64,000 bases of DNA from Raillietiella orientalis (lineage: Eukaryota): positions 620,001-684,000 of the forward strand of contig JAYWIR010000017.1 of NCBI GenBank assembly GCA_036172245.1, in the 5' to 3' direction. The notes beneath the pieces are model-generated. The model was not told the origin of the DNA. It saw only the letters and a program-made list of their open reading frames with translations, and did no database searches. Positions 27,918-42,600 of this stretch are shown piece by piece; positions within the stretch are counted from its first letter, which is position 1; every line of letters begins with the position of its first letter. The position numbers and the translations under genes are program-made.

Positions 27918-30900
27918 GTGCCCCACTTCCAAACCATTTCATATCCAAATGAACACCAGTTTGCTGAAATTCTCCTTTCCAACTTTCCATGTGACGAACG
28001 GTGTCATTCGAAGTACCCATCACCGACATACCGACATCTTGTTTGTGACTTTCCTTTTGCACAGAATTTTTCGAGCGTAAGCTGAAACAGTTGCTTGTGC
28101 GGATCTCACCCCATAAAATGAATAAATGCGTTCCTTTTTTCCTTCTCATTAAAATTCAAACCTTAGTGCTCACCCGAGACTCTACTCTCACTACGCGCCT
28201 CGGGATGCCAACATGTGATAAAGATCTTTTCGTGGCGCAGTTGTACGGAGGTGGGCTAAATGGAGAGCGGACGTCTTCATTCTGAACAAATACAAGTCAG
28301 ATGTGTTCAGGGAAAACCTTTCTGACTATTTCCCCTCTGAAAAGAGAATACAGCTTTGTGACCTATTTGCTCCGCCGCATCACAATCATCCGAAATGGCA
28401 GTGCAAGTGAAGATCAATCAGCAAGAGCCAATAAATCACAGATTGCAATCAGGATATTTGCTCTTGCTGGCATGACTATCATTGTGAAAATTAGCTCACT
28501 AGAGGTGAGTGTGGAAGGGAGCTTGAAAGTACAAATGTTGCATCTGACCGCTTTTTCTTGATGTGGAGACCAAGAACAAGTCCTATTTTGAACCTTGCTG
28601 AGAACTTGAGGTGATGTGTGCTCTGCAGTCCTCTCACTTCAGTGTATTTTGCTGCGTCGTTGAACGAAATGAAGTTCGGCGAAAGCTTCCCATCTTTAAT
28701 TTGAACGTAAATGCGCTCTGGTATCCATGGACACATCTCTCGCTCTCCAAAATGAAACAGGAAAAAAAGGTGTTGTTTGTAGCATGATTTAGAGGAAAAC
28801 ACTACGAAATCGCTTTCTTAGGTGTCTTGCTGCTAAGCAACGAACGAAACTAGAGTTACTTGCAATTATGTCCTTACGCAATGAATAACTTTAGGGAAAA
28901 TTGTTCTCTAAGAGGCTGTGCGCACGTCCGCCTAAATCCACCTGATTGTTTCTTGTTTTCTGAAACTAATATTCAGTTGCATTAGATAAAAAATAATGAA
29001 CAGATACTGCATCTGATAAACAAAATTTCGGTTTTGATTTTCGATTAAGGAAGCTGTAAAGCTAGATCGTAGATTCGATTCGGACAAAAGATCATTTTTG
29101 CTATTGAGATAGAGACTGCTACAGAATCCCGTTTGAAATTCATTCAGGAAGCTGGCGAATATCATAAACATAAGCGCCATCGTGTTGAATCAGACGAACA
29201 GAGATGCTTTCTTTCTCTCGGTGCTATAATACCGCAACTGAAATTAATAAGATGTGCAGGCAAATGTCAAATGTGCAATTAATAATGTGCTGCATTGATG
29301 CATTCTTCTTGTGCATCCCTCCCAACTTTGCTCTGTGAAGAAAACACAGTATCCTTTCCATTGGAAGAAGGTCTGTAACCTAGTACATAAGAATCCAGAC
29401 GCTCTGGTCATTGGAAGACATTATATTTATCCCTCACTGGATGCTATACATCGGTGACATCCATTTGCTTGCCAAATTCGAATCTGCAATTCCATTTTCT
29501 TTGGAAGGCGGTATCCTAATTGTATCGTAAAGATGGAAAGACGTAGATAATTTTGTACATTCAAATCTATTGAAAAACATTTGTTTGTACATCCTTCAGA
29601 CAGCTTCTTGCATAAATGATGTGAAAAACGAGATCCGCTGTGCATCTGTGCATGAAGTAGAAAACACATTCCCAATGCCGCGATTCCTACCTCATAAGCA
29701 TCACAAAATGAGATAATACAGTATAATTCGTTATGCCTACATATTAAAATGTTAGAGAGCCAACTCCAGCATTAACATAAGAATACGATTAATTTCAACT
29801 GTGATTTCAGAATATTCAGTATTCGTATATAAATTCAAATAAGTATTTTGGTTAATTAAATTAAAAATATGCATTAATTCATCGCATTGCGTATGCATAA
29901 TTACTTGACTCTTATTTAATAAAATATGCTTATTTTACATCCACATATTGCATAATGTTTGTAATTATATCTTGGAAAGAGAAATTCAGATATACTCTGA
30001 TTTATTCATATCAATAATGTATACAATATTAATAAAAATATAATATTCTACCATAGGGTTTAGTGGAAATACAGTAGAAAGTTACTTCACAATACTCAAT
30101 AAAAATTAAACAAGGAGGTAACAGTGATGTGATTTATTATCTTTAACTTATGTACTAAGAATTTAATGCCAAAATACACTGATGTTCAATTGAAAATGGC
30201 CTGTAACCAGTCATTTCAAGGAGTTCCTGTAGGAGAATAGTTAAAAGTTGTTGCAGTACCTATTCGATAATGATTATGGTTTATTTCCTAGTCCAGCGTT
30301 GCATTGTATGCATGTATATGTAGTTACGTCTGCATTTGTGCTGTACAAAACTAGTCAGTATTTTAAACATCAGTGTTTCAAGCGTCAGTACAGCCGTGAA
30401 TGTGCGATACTCGGAGCTCGATGAAAAGCAGCGGGGAGACCTGTGAAAGGTCATGCTCACAAATGCCCTCAGTTGCGCCAAGCACCGTCTACCACATATC
30501 TAGAAGACGCGTAAGACGATCAGATTTACATGGTCAACTGAACCTCTCCAGTGAATCAGAGCGCATAGCAATCTGATGGTTAGGCCTTGTTTGTTTTGAC
30601 CATAGGACAGAAAATCCTCTTTGTACGGAAGTTGGGTTGAATAGGGAATTTCTACCACGATAATGAGGTGTGTTGACACTGGACTGCTTACTGTGCTGAA
30701 ATTTCGAAACAGTTTCCATCATTTCGAAAATTCATCGTTTTCCCGGATCTCAGTTCCCAAGAAGTTACGAATTGGCAAGAATGAAGATGAGCCCCTTTAG
30801 GATTTAAAACAAAGACACTGAAGACAGATGGCAATGTTGCAAGTATTTACTCTTTCGAATAAGCTAGGGTGCAGAGAATTGCGTCAAAAACTCCTTCTTC

Positions 30901-33900
30901 GAAGCAAACTTGTTTCTGAGTACCAAAACTCAAAGAGTCTCTTTGCCGATCCTTACAGATTTTGAGAATCGCGTTGATAAGAAACAGCTCTGCTGCAGTC
31001 TTTGCACCTTTCCAGATGGCAGATTAGGGGACTTGTAAAATCATCTGGCCTACATATCTCTTTTCATAGAAAAAAAAAGAAAAGAAAAAAAACGCATATG
31101 GCCTTTTTTTTACTAAAGTGCTCTCTTGCCAACATAAATTTTTGACTGACCCGTTTTTAGGTGCCTCTCAACATATGCCACGACAGCTTCATAGAGGCTT
31201 AAGAGGTGGTTCATAAATTTTCGAACTTTGGAGGTTGCAAGCATAGCTGTTACGATAAGATCCTAAGAAAAATAAAGCTGCAGCCATCGGGGAATTTTCT
31301 ATAAAAGACGTAGTTTCTAGCAAATTCTGATTTAGATTGGAATACATAGCTTGAGCAGAGTTACTGTGAAGCAAAAAGAAAATCAATTTCGATTCAATGA
31401 TCAGTGTGATACAATTCATCTTAAACCCAAAGCGGGCAGTGAGTTACTGATTAAAGATCTTTAGTCGAAAGTGATCTCTATTTCCATTTCGTTTTGCAAA
31501 TCAGTACAGCCAAAAGAAGCTCAAGCAAACGATGTTATTAATGTCTGTAAAAAATACGAATCGCTAGGTTGACGTCTAGTCGTCAACATGAACTCTACAC
31601 TTCGACTTACTGATATGTTATTACAGATAACTGAAGCCAGGTTCCCCATAAATTGAGAAATTCCAGGGCAAATCCTTCTGAACGAGGCTTCTACTTTCCA
31701 TAGTCGAAGAGCAGTAGGCAAAGCGACTATTTGTCTAGCAAACTTTTGTCTTTCGTCTCCGTATCTTCAGTGCTCAGGGCTCTATTAAAAGCAGGAAGAG
31801 GATCAAATGAAACAAAATCTCACTGAGGATGAGAAGAAAGAAGGAGAAATGGAAATTGTTTCCCTGATGAGGACAAAATGATGCCAACGCTTATCTCAGA
31901 AAGCTGAAGAACGGATATGAAGAAATCCACATCCCAGAAACAAATGGTCCTCCATAGCAACAATTTTAGGATCCAGTATCAACAGGGCACTCCGAAGGAG
32001 TATGTTTCCAATAGATGTAGAAGCAGTTTATTTATTACTCTCAGTCAAGGTACTCTTTCAATGCATAGAGAATGAAGCCTAATACGGCATGTGTGTGGGT
32101 GTATTCATAAATGAGAAGACCACCATTAGTGAGAAGGCTACCATTGACCTCACTTGCATGCTTTCTTTCATTGCTATCAATCGTAATTATTTATAGGGAA
32201 ACTTGAAACTTCGTGAATGCTTTAGCTTTTAGATACCAAGGTTGCACCATATCTACTGGAACAGAAAGCTACTCACTTAGCGTTCCAGAATTTAATGGAT
32301 TTTTTTCCAGAAAAACTTTTTAGAAGAAAACAAAAGTGCTTATGAGCAATCCTGAATTTAGTGCCTTGCGTCCAGTGGAATTCTGCTCCTGGATCACTAT
32401 TAAAAACAAAATATTAAATACAGATAATATCTTCATAGATATGTTTTATTATGAATGTATCCATTCGTCTTTTAAATACATAAATAATTTTATATACAAT
32501 TTTTTTTGGATATTCAACGGGGAATTTTTTTTTTCTTGTAAATGATGATCATTGTCATAACAACTGAGCTCTGAGAAAGAAACTTTGCACTGTGCTGTGG
32601 TAATTTTTGCAGTGAAACTACATTAAATAATTTTAATAATTTCCTTGCTTATAAAAGAAATCACCCTATCTTCATGTCTTAACTGTTGAACATTCTCCTT
32701 CAATTCCCGGAGCAATGCACCTTCTAATTCTTCCAGCTGAGCTATTTTAGTTTCCCTACTTAACTTCCTTCGAGCTGTGGTGCTTACAGCAGGAGTGATT
32801 CTGGACTAATGGTCTTGGTGATGGGCTTCTGAAATTGTCTTCAAAATGAGCGTTGCCATCAGAAACAAAAGTTCAAGACTTTTTCGTGCCGATCACTTGG
32901 CATCACCAAATCGGCTCCATTCCTACCTTTCTTGACTCCCGTTCAGAGTTTTCTTTCTTTTTTTTTTTTTTTGAATTCCTTTTTCTCTTTTGTGCCCCTA
33001 ATTAAGGGAATTCTGATGCCCCACGGGAGCTTCTAAAGCTTTTCTTCATTCAATTCAAAAGAACATTCAAACTTTCTGGCTTGTAATCTTTTGAAACCTG
33101 AGGTACTTGGCTTCACAGTAAACGAAGTAGACACATTTTCAAAAAAGACTTCGGATGAGTAGAAACTAAGGCGGCAGTAGTTTTAAACGATAAAAAGAGA
33201 AAAGGGAACAAGGAACAAGGACTTGAAAAGAGAAATTGCTGATTCCGAATCAGTACAAGAAGAAAATTCCATTTCCAGAGTGAAAAGATGGGACGAAGAG
33301 AAAAGCAGCCGAAGATCAAAATAAGGTTGTGAAAATTGGCGTGGTCCACCCGAGCCAAGGACAGAAGCAGCCTTTGGGTGAATTTCTCATTGAGAAACAA
33401 ATTAAAGACCTGCTCAGCTTGGAAAATGGCTTCACTTTCTGTTTTTTGAATTTATTCTTCCAATTGTTCTTTCGATTGTGATGATTCGAAAACTCCTATA
33501 GCAGTGCATTGAGATATAGCTGGCTGCTGACATCATCTCTCATTCCTAATCGTTCTTTTTGGCTCAAGCTGGCTGCAAGAAATCCTCTTTATATACCGGC
33601 TTCTTTCAGCCATCTTGTTTATCTTCTCGGCATGAATCTGTGGATTCAATCCAATAAGTAATCCGATGTTCCGCATAATGCAGTGCTTAACAAAAATTTA
33701 TGGTTATGCACCCTTGTCGCCCATCAAGATTGCATGTGGGGAAAAGAAGCGTGCAAATAGGGACACGAAGCAAGTCACTGGGGAGCATAAATTGCGTAAA
33801 GCGAGGATTTCATTCCAGGCACATTCTGTTTATTAACAAATTAAAGCGTCTTCTCTTCCATGTACCGCAGTACACTTGGCAGGAATCGTGCTTCCTTGCC

Positions 33901-34117
33901 CTGAAACACTGCATTCCTTAGATAGTCCGCAACCCAGCATAGAAACGAGAACACTGAAGGACGTATCAAACTCACTAAAGGTCACTGCAAAGAGGAGAGA
34001 TCCTAATGATCTTCATGAATTTCGGCATTGTCAGAGAAAGAAAGAGGTCGAATCCTTCTCTCTGTCTATCTGCTATTGAAATGTCACATATCCTGCTCGT
34101 GAGAATGCAATCGAGGT

Positions 34118-34136
34118 CGTTGTTGTTGTTGTTGTT
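34118..34136 (+). repeat. (GTT)n microsatellite
   Basis: About six GTT units. Confidence 0.85.
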
Positions 34137-36567
34137 TCCTCATGTCTGAAAGCATGATAAAGAACGTAGGGCTCTTTTGCACTCCTTTTTTTTTTCCTTT
34201 TAGGAGACTTCCTCCGGGAAAGAGTCGAGTCTGGAAGGAAATAGATGTATCTCGGTCTGCATTTCTCGTCCATCGGTCCCAACCTTGTCCCCCATGCGCC
34301 CACGAGGATCGCATGTGTTTCTGCCTTCCCCATAGTAAATCACGCATTCCGGATTACAATCTACCCTTATTCTCGAGGGTTTAGGACGCTTATATCAGTC
34401 GCCTCTTTGTGCAGCGCGTGCGTGCTCTGTCGTTTTATTACTTTCGCTAACTTATCTCCTGCTCCTCGGTTCACTAATTCTTGGATGTTTTCATCCGCAG
34501 CATGTAAAGCGCTGCAAATTGGAAAAGAAATCAGTCATTCAGAGGAGAAAAAGGTGAGGCGCACTGCAGCAACTTGAAATCGGCAAATGCCGAAACTGCA
34601 ATGCTCGGCGTCCTGCGGGCAATTTAGCAGAAATGCCGAAGACCGAGTGCGATTAAATTCACGACAGCGAGAGCGGGCGAAGAGTGTTTCCAGCAGCGAG
34701 GAGTGATCACCGATAATCTCACGAGACTCATGCTGGCGGTCGCTGTGACCGGCGGCTGAGCTTCAGATGCGGAGCGCTTCGATCCATTCTCTGCTCCTTC
34801 GACATTTGCAGACATTCCGGAAGCCAGGAGGTCAACAACGGGGGTTTCTTAGAATCTCATTGAAACCGACGGCCTCGTTGCTTCAAGCAACAGTTCGCCG
34901 GTTAAGTTACAGAAAAATTCAGGCTTAAGGGAAGTCTGGTTAGAGGAATTCAGTGTTAGATAAAAGACTTGAGACCATGGAGGTCGCTGATCAATGTTCA
35001 ACAAATTGCGATTGGCTTTCATCGAGAAGAATCTCGAACAAACTCGAAAGTGAGGATGCTGCGCTTCCGCATTCGGATGAGGGGAAACGGATGCCTTAGA
35101 TCAAAAGAGCACTATGGACCCGTTCCCACCCCACAGATCGCAATGCTTTGTTGAGATTGCTGTATCAAAGATACATCATCGTTCGGGTGCAGGATGAGTG
35201 AGGCAAGCAGCTTTCAAAGGCAGATGAAACTCAAGGGAAGACAAGACTGAATTCCTGAGCGGAAGTTTTGAAAACTTGGGGTCTTGCAGGAGAAGCGGTC
35301 GGAGCATGGGATGGGATACGTGAAGTCAGATTCGGTGCTGGATAGCTCTGGTTTCTTGTTGCGCAGGTCCAGGTGGTTCAGGGTTGTCTAGAAAAGCGCC
35401 CGCTCGTCGCTGCGATGTCTCAGCATTCGATTGGCCCCGTTCAGAAGAGGCCGTCGTTCTATTCTCGTTAGGGGAAGTTTCCTCTGCCCCGAAAAGAAGA
35501 GGCAACTGTCTACCTCAACGATCCAGAAACCTCAACTGCCACCGCTCAATCACTGGAGGCGGCGATTTCTCCAAACATCTCTGTATTAGGGGTTCCTTAG
35601 CACTGGGGATTGAAAAGAATCATACGTGGGAGCTTTCACTGACAAATGAGCCGGGAAGAGAATGGACGGAATGAAAGAGGAAGCGAAGTGGAAGCTTCTG
35701 AATTTCTCTCCGAGTCTGAGAACAAGTGCCCATCTCAAACAGGAGAGGAGAAAGAAAGGCACTCATGAAACTTTGCCATAGGAAGACATCAACCACTCCC
35801 TCGTTTTCGGTTTTCAGGATGGTCACCAGACGGGCGATTTTGCTAACAACTCGAGTCTCGTCCGCGATGTCGTCCTCGAGTTTCCACCCACCAGAGGTAC
35901 CTACCCTGGATATCACGTTCCCTTCTATCGAGCTTCGCGTGCCAGTCATGGCCAACATCATGGAACGGGCCTCTTCTTTCCTAGAAGAAACCCCTTCCAT
36001 GCGTTAGGAAGAGTCCTTTCCCTTGCAAGAGGCAGACAGTCTGCTGTAGCGAACACCTTCTTCGAGACCATGGATCTCTTGCTGAAGACCGAAGACGTGC
36101 CGAAGGTTCCCTGCTTGCCATCGTCGAGGCAGCTTTCTTCAGAGGATCTGCGCCCCCATTTTCCAGTGTCCCTTGCTTCTTTCAGAAGCGCATGATGGCA
36201 GCTGCAGCTCAAGTTCATCTTCCTCTTCCCTTCCTCTTCTTTCTTCCCTTTTTTTTTTTTTTTTTCCACTTTTGCTAGAGCAGCTTCAACTTTAGAAAAG
36301 ATCCTGCGCTCGAACGAATCCTCTTATCCTCGCAACCGATCTTCCCTTTCATGTCAAAGCGGGCCACCACGCTGCCACTTCCACGATCTGTCGAGCTCGA
36401 AATGATAGCATCTGACGAGGGGCGGGCGGAACAAACGGATCTGTCAGCACAGGGTGCACAAAGGGCATCAACGGCGTTATTGGGTTTCCTGAGGGTAGCA
36501 CAGTTTCTCTTTCATCGGTAGTTCTTTCCCCCCCCCCCTTTTGGGATTTCATTGTGTGCTTCCTGTT

Positions 36568-36610
36568 CCCTCCGCCCTACCTGCCCTCTTCCCTTTCCCC
36601 CCCCCCCCCC
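36568..36610 (-). other. G-quadruplex-forming motif on the minus strand
   Basis: Four CCC runs plus C14 on the plus strand, with loops of 4, 6, 4 and 3 nt. Confidence 0.6.
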
Positions 36611-39600
36611 TCTCTCGTCCTTCATGCACTCTCCGTCTTGACTCGGCTCAGACTGCCTGCCTCCACAGTTCGAGCACTCTTTAAGTGTTTCGTCTGATCT
36701 TTCCCACCACCATCAGTTGGGAAGAAGTGCGCACTTATAGCGAAACTCGGTTCCGGGTCTACTGCCCGGGTGCCCTCGTAGTCATGAAAAAATCCCGTAG
36801 AGGAACTCGAGTGTTCTCAGCGATCAGGTAGTCCCCACTGCACCCCTCTCCTCCGGCTTTCCCTTTCACACCCCGCCTACCTCGGAACTCTTCAGTTTCG
36901 GCGAATGGGAAAAAGTGGAACTACCAGGAAGAAGGGATCACGCTCCGACGTCCCCCGGAAGCTCCGCTCCCAGCAGCTTAAGCATCTCCCCCCTCGAGTT
37001 TTCGAGAGAAAGCATCTCCCATTGCCTGTTGAAACGCTGAGCAGCGGTAATGCAGGGCATGTGTGCACCCTGGTGGGCGAAGCGCTGTGAATTCACACCC
37101 TCCCGTCCTCTCCGAAGCACGTTTGAGAGAGTCTCTCGTCCTTGGGATAGACAAATGCGGAAATGCGGAAAATCGCATGGTCCTCAGAGAGTTTCCGGGG
37201 TCGAGTGAAGTTCTGGCGAGCCAATTCCGAGCCACTGCGCCGCCTTCTACCTATTATTTTTCCTTTTGATCCACTTGGCACATGCGAAGGAGCCTTCCGG
37301 ACGAGGGAGTGAGACCGAATGGGTCGAGGGCTCACGACGAGGCCAAATGTAGCCTTCCTAGACGCTACAGATGCTGCCGGCTGGTGTTGGCTAACGCTTT
37401 TTGGAAAGAGAACAGTCTGCTCCCTTCTTTTCTGCGCGTACGCAAACGCGTTCTTGACGCAGAAATGTTTCTGAGCGAGGTAGAGCTCTTCCGAGTTCTG
37501 GGCCACTCGAAAACTTCTTCAACTGTTCCGGAAACGCTTCGAACCCTGGTCCTACGCTGGAGGCTGCAAAAGAGCACCTAAAGACAGGGCTGACATTCCT
37601 TCTAGAAGCCGACCATCTCTAGGACAAAGGACAGACTTCTAGCGCTGTGGAAGAGAGAAAGATTGCGCATCTTCAACGGGAACTTGCAAATTGGCTTACT
37701 TAGCCTCGGAAGAATATCTCACCTTAGAATAAGACGATACCTTCCTCGAGGGATCACAGGACACTAACAAAGGAGTGGAGGTGTTTACTCACCGCGTGTC
37801 TTTCCAGTCTGGAAGCAAGTTTATGGGCGCACAAACAAGTTTTGTTGTAGCTTGCACTGCAAATGGAAAAGACTAAGGAAGAGTGGGGGTCCGTCATCAG
37901 AGTCCATCCGCCTAGTGGAACATCGAGGAATAGCACTGCGAAGGATGGAATTACAGAAGCCGCTTCCCTGACTGTTCATTCCTGTAAGCTGAGGTCCCGA
38001 TTAACGCAGTATTCAGGGAGGCATACATATATGAAAGACAACTTGAGGTGAAGATGTTTCAGTAACGTTTGTACCCGAGATCAAGCAAAAAAGACAATCA
38101 GTGACAATGATCTCGATGTTCTTACGTATGAATTGAGATCGCGAGCAAGCCAACCAAAGAATGCTCATTTAAAATGGAGCAGTTCCTGAGAAGAAAGAAC
38201 GTGACTGTGGCAGAGGCCTACAGAAGATCCTGAAGTCTTTGGAGACCCACATCAACAGCATCCAGAGGAGTGTCCGCGGGAAGTTGGCGCCGTCATGATC
38301 ATCGGAGGAACTCCCTCCAGGGATCGGTTACGGAGGAACCGACTTCCGACAACGTCTTCCGAATACACGCACTTCTCTCTGTAAAAAAAAAAGAGAGAAA
38401 GAGAGAGGAAGCAATTCTTTCTTCAGGAATAGAAGCCTGATTTTGAAGTCGAGTGTATCCCTTGTCGTGAATCGTTGGAAACTCTAAGAACACCAGAACA
38501 CTCCTGATGATCGTTTGGTCATTTTGTTCTTTTTTTAAAAAAACTGATTCCATGAAGTGACCACACCAGGACATTCCGTCCCTAAGGATATTCCCCAAGT
38601 TTTTTTTTTCTTGTCTGAGCCATGGGATCTCGCGTTTGAAGACATGCAATGGCCAGCTTCTACTACTGTCAACCCAAGCTAGAGGCAGAGTCCTCGATCC
38701 GTTGCTTTCGAAGCTTACCAACAGAAGGTGCGACTGATTCCAAGAGAGAGAACGGCATCGTTTCCGTCCTCTTTTGCCCTAAGAGTAGAGCATCATCGTG
38801 CTCTCGAGGAATGTGGAACTCTGGGAAGTGACCTCGAGGAAAACCATTTATTCCCTCTACAGCTATGCCACCGCCTTTTGCGATCCGAAATATCTTTAAG
38901 GTGAAATCATGGAATCTTTATCATTTTCCTGGAATTTAAGAATTAAATTCCAGGAAAATGCTTGAGTCCCTGGTGCCTCCACAAAACTTATTCCCTGTAT
39001 GCCTTTCTAATGGAGAATTTCAGCTTGTGATTCCGATCCCCACTACAAAATGGAACTGCACAGAGCTTGAGCTGAAAATCCGACCCCCAGAAAAACGTTT
39101 TCCTGGGTGCCGAGATTTTCGAAACAGTCGATGCAACTTCTTGACGGGTGAAGCAGCAGCAACCATTTGCAATAGCTGGAGCAGCTCGGCAAGATTAGTC
39201 TCCTTCGACATTCTTTGCTCTTCAATTCGTGGTTCGGATTTCCAAGTGCAAGTTTCTACTATCCCGCGCTTCTTACGCTTCTGATTTTGCATTTTGATCT
39301 CTTCGATCATATGAGACAGCTCCAACCTCACATTTTGCTTCTGACGAGCTCTGCTTGTTAAAAGAATTGATGCTGAGATAACTCATCATCTTCCCATGCT
39401 GGTCTGCTAATACACAGAGGCACTGTTTCCTCATCCCTCACATGTGATGACAATTACTCTTTAATTGGAACAAACACGATTCCTGGGGACTTTGGGATCG
39501 GAGCTTCAGCATTTTATTGCTCCTTGATTGGTTCGATAGCGATCCTCGGAAAATGCTTCTCACTTCAGGAGATGAATGAACGCAGATCTCGGTTTCGCGA

Positions 39601-42600
39601 ATGCCTTGCAATTATGAAGCATTCGGGATTAAGATTGTGAAAGTGAATGAGCAAGGGAACTGATCTGTTCTTACCTTGCATTGATCTGAGACAAGACGAC
39701 AGATATCGGTTTTCCTTTTTACAAATAAGAAGACATTTGCAGCAGCTTCTCATATAAGTGCTCCTAGATGGAGATCTATGCTTGGACTGTCTGTTTAGGC
39801 TCCTCGGAAGGAAGGCAATAGCACCTTGAACGTAGCACGAGCTAAAGGTCCAAATACTCTAGAAGCCACGCCCCGTTAATCTCCCTTTAAAATTGCCATG
39901 AAATGAATTCTTCCTTTCCTCCTGATTCTTCCTTCCATCTCTCAAGTCTCATTTTTCCCTAGAAGCCACTGAATGGTTTCTGGTAACCTCACTTTGAAAA
40001 AAAACAAACAAACGGGATTTTGTTTTTAAAAATTCCCTGATGCTCCCTAAAGAAGAGAGAGTCGAAGTGCAAACCATCTGCCTGGATGCCTCTCGTCAAA
40101 AGCTCTCCTTCCTTTTCTTGAAAGGAACGGAGAACTCGGGGACGGAATTTTGCATTTCTCTCTGTCCACGTGCAAAAATCCTTGCCCGATGCCCATGAAC
40201 TCTGGGTGCCCGTTGAGAATGGGACTGCTCGAAGAGGCGAGAGTGTCACAAATAGTGTCTTAAGTGTCACGGTGAGCCTCCTCTGATAGCGGAGGGTTTC
40301 CCGAGAGGAGGAAAGGAGGGAGGGGAATCACATCTGCAGTCTTCGAGAATGTCAGGGAGCTTTCGAATCCCTGCAACACAACAGCCGGAAGGCGGGATCT
40401 CCGGACAGCAGATTCCCGCGGAGATCTGGCTGTGCGTGATGCAGAATCGTTTGTGTGCATCCCTACTGATGGTGGCATGAGGCGAGCGTGTCGGCCAGGC
40501 ACATCTGTTCAGAGAAACCTCGGGAAATATTAATTTTACGTGCGGGGTGTCATAATCGTTTAGTTTATGACAGAATGCTGCGGTACTTGAACGTGCTCGA
40601 TGCTCTTGTTACGCTTGGAGGCATCTCTAGATCACCAGTTTATTTGTTCTAGTCGAGTGTCTACCTCCTGACAGGAAGTGAAAATCATGAATTTTCTCTG
40701 GGTTGGAGGCATCTCCAATCCTTCATTAAGGGCAATAAGAAATAAAGGAGGATCCTTTGGAGAATAAGAAATCGCTATCTTATTTACTTTAAGGGTTCAA
40801 TGAGGAAATCAAGTGCCGCGACACCCTCAGATATGAACAAATATGGGGGGAAGGGGAGAGAAAGATCCACACCCCGAGATCACTCTCACCCATGCGTTCA
40901 CCTTGAATGAAAGCAAGAATCAAATAAGCTGCCAAAAGACACCAGACGTTTCCCTGTTCGTTCGCAGAACACGTTTCTGTAAGGTCGGATTTCTTGAACA
41001 GCAGCAAGCGCTGCAGCGTCTCAGCCACGCAAGTAGCTGATGAGCTTTCCCACCCAGTAGTTGAAAGCCCTCTTCTGCCTAGGGCTTTCATAGATATGGA
41101 AAAGTTTCGAGAGCTTTCAATGGAAAAACAGCCTCTTCGTTCTCACCCGGCGGAAGAGTTGCTTGTACTCCACGAATTGGAATGTCATTCTTTCATTCTT
41201 ACTGCTTCTGTCAAAGGCCATTCTGGAATCCATGGTTCCTTGGGATTCCAAAGAATCTCTCATAGTCTTCTTCGCGAGCACTTCTCTTCGGGTACGTGTG
41301 TGAGCTTCCTAAAACCCTTGAACTTCCCTTACGGTGCGGACACCTTGCCGTGAGCACTGTGGAGCACCTCGAAAAGGAGCATCTCTGAAGGATCTGCGGT
41401 CCCGAAGTGATCCACTAAAGCTACAGAAGCTCGAAGCAGTGTTGGGACTCCAAGAAAAGGAATCTTGCTGCGACAAGAAGAGAGTTGTACAAGTTGCAGC
41501 GTAGACATCCTTCTTGGGCATGTGAAGGCGTTTAGGGTCTGCAGACAAAGCAAAAAAGTCCATCTTTTTGAACTCCTGAAAAGAGAAGACAGATCCATCC
41601 CTGAGTCAGTCCTTCGAACTCAAAAGAACATCCGTTTTTTTCTTTTTTCCAATCCTCCTTCCCTTCTTCTTCTTTTTTGCTGAGATCCGCAGTCCTGATG
41701 GTGCAGGCAGTCCTCCCAACATCCACAGGATAACCGTAAAAACATTTTCCATGAAGATACCTTCTCATCGGTACATGACCAGAATTGTGAGAGAACTTCA
41801 GAGGAAAGTGAAACCGAAGTAACGAGCAGCAGCCCAACCATGGAACTGGATCCACGTTACCCCGTTCCCTTGCCCCCCTGGCCCCTTGTACCTTGCATCG
41901 TAAACAGAGCTCGCGTTCCGCTGGCAATTTGGAGGAACGGCCACGCTCCTGCACGTGATCAGACGCCGGGACGTCCATCAGCCCGCGTTGCGTTATGGAA
42001 AAATTTCTATCTCTGCCGCCGTAATCGATGGCAATTTCCAAGTCGTAAATCCTGCCACTCTGAATCTGCATTCAGCAAAATGCAGCCGAACTCGACCTCG
42101 GGGCGCTTGCGCAGCAGAAGGCGGTGAGTGAAGAGGGAAGGACGCCTGGCCCTCCTATCAGCGGGATGCACAGTTCGCATGGCAATCGTGATGGACAAGG
42201 GAGGGAGAGTAGCGGGCTGGTTCTGCAGCGGGAGCACTTCCTAGAGGCTCCGGAAAAACTAATCCTCCAGTGAGTAAGGAAGAGGGAACGATCCTTGGGG
42301 AGGAAGAGGTTCAGATGCAGCCCCGTGGTTTCCGTTTCGTAAAATCCTTTTTCCCTCATACTGCGGTTTCGTGATGCCGAAAGGTGGCGCGCGCTTTTTC
42401 CTGGACTCTCCCCTCCTGGTTTCGAGTTGCTCCCTTCATCCCGTTTCGAGCCCGGGATGCAGCGCGTTGCAGGGAGGGCATGCGTTGTTTCGGGTTATGC
42501 GAGTGGTCCTTCGTTTCCACCTCGTCATAATCTCCTTCAGGAGGTGACGAATAGCCAGGAAGCGACAAGATGGCCCGAGTATTCTCTCAGTTCCGTTTTA

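Noticed and set aside
27868..27970. TGATGA...CTGA resembling a C/D box snoRNA
   Set aside because: Box C lacks the leading purine, the terminal stem is weak, and I recognise no rRNA guide.
41729..42123. Stop-free stretch of about 130 codons bounded by CAG and GTGAGT
   Set aside because: Phase 0/2 does not fit the phase-1 DIP intron, the peptide is unrecognisable and no partner exons were found.
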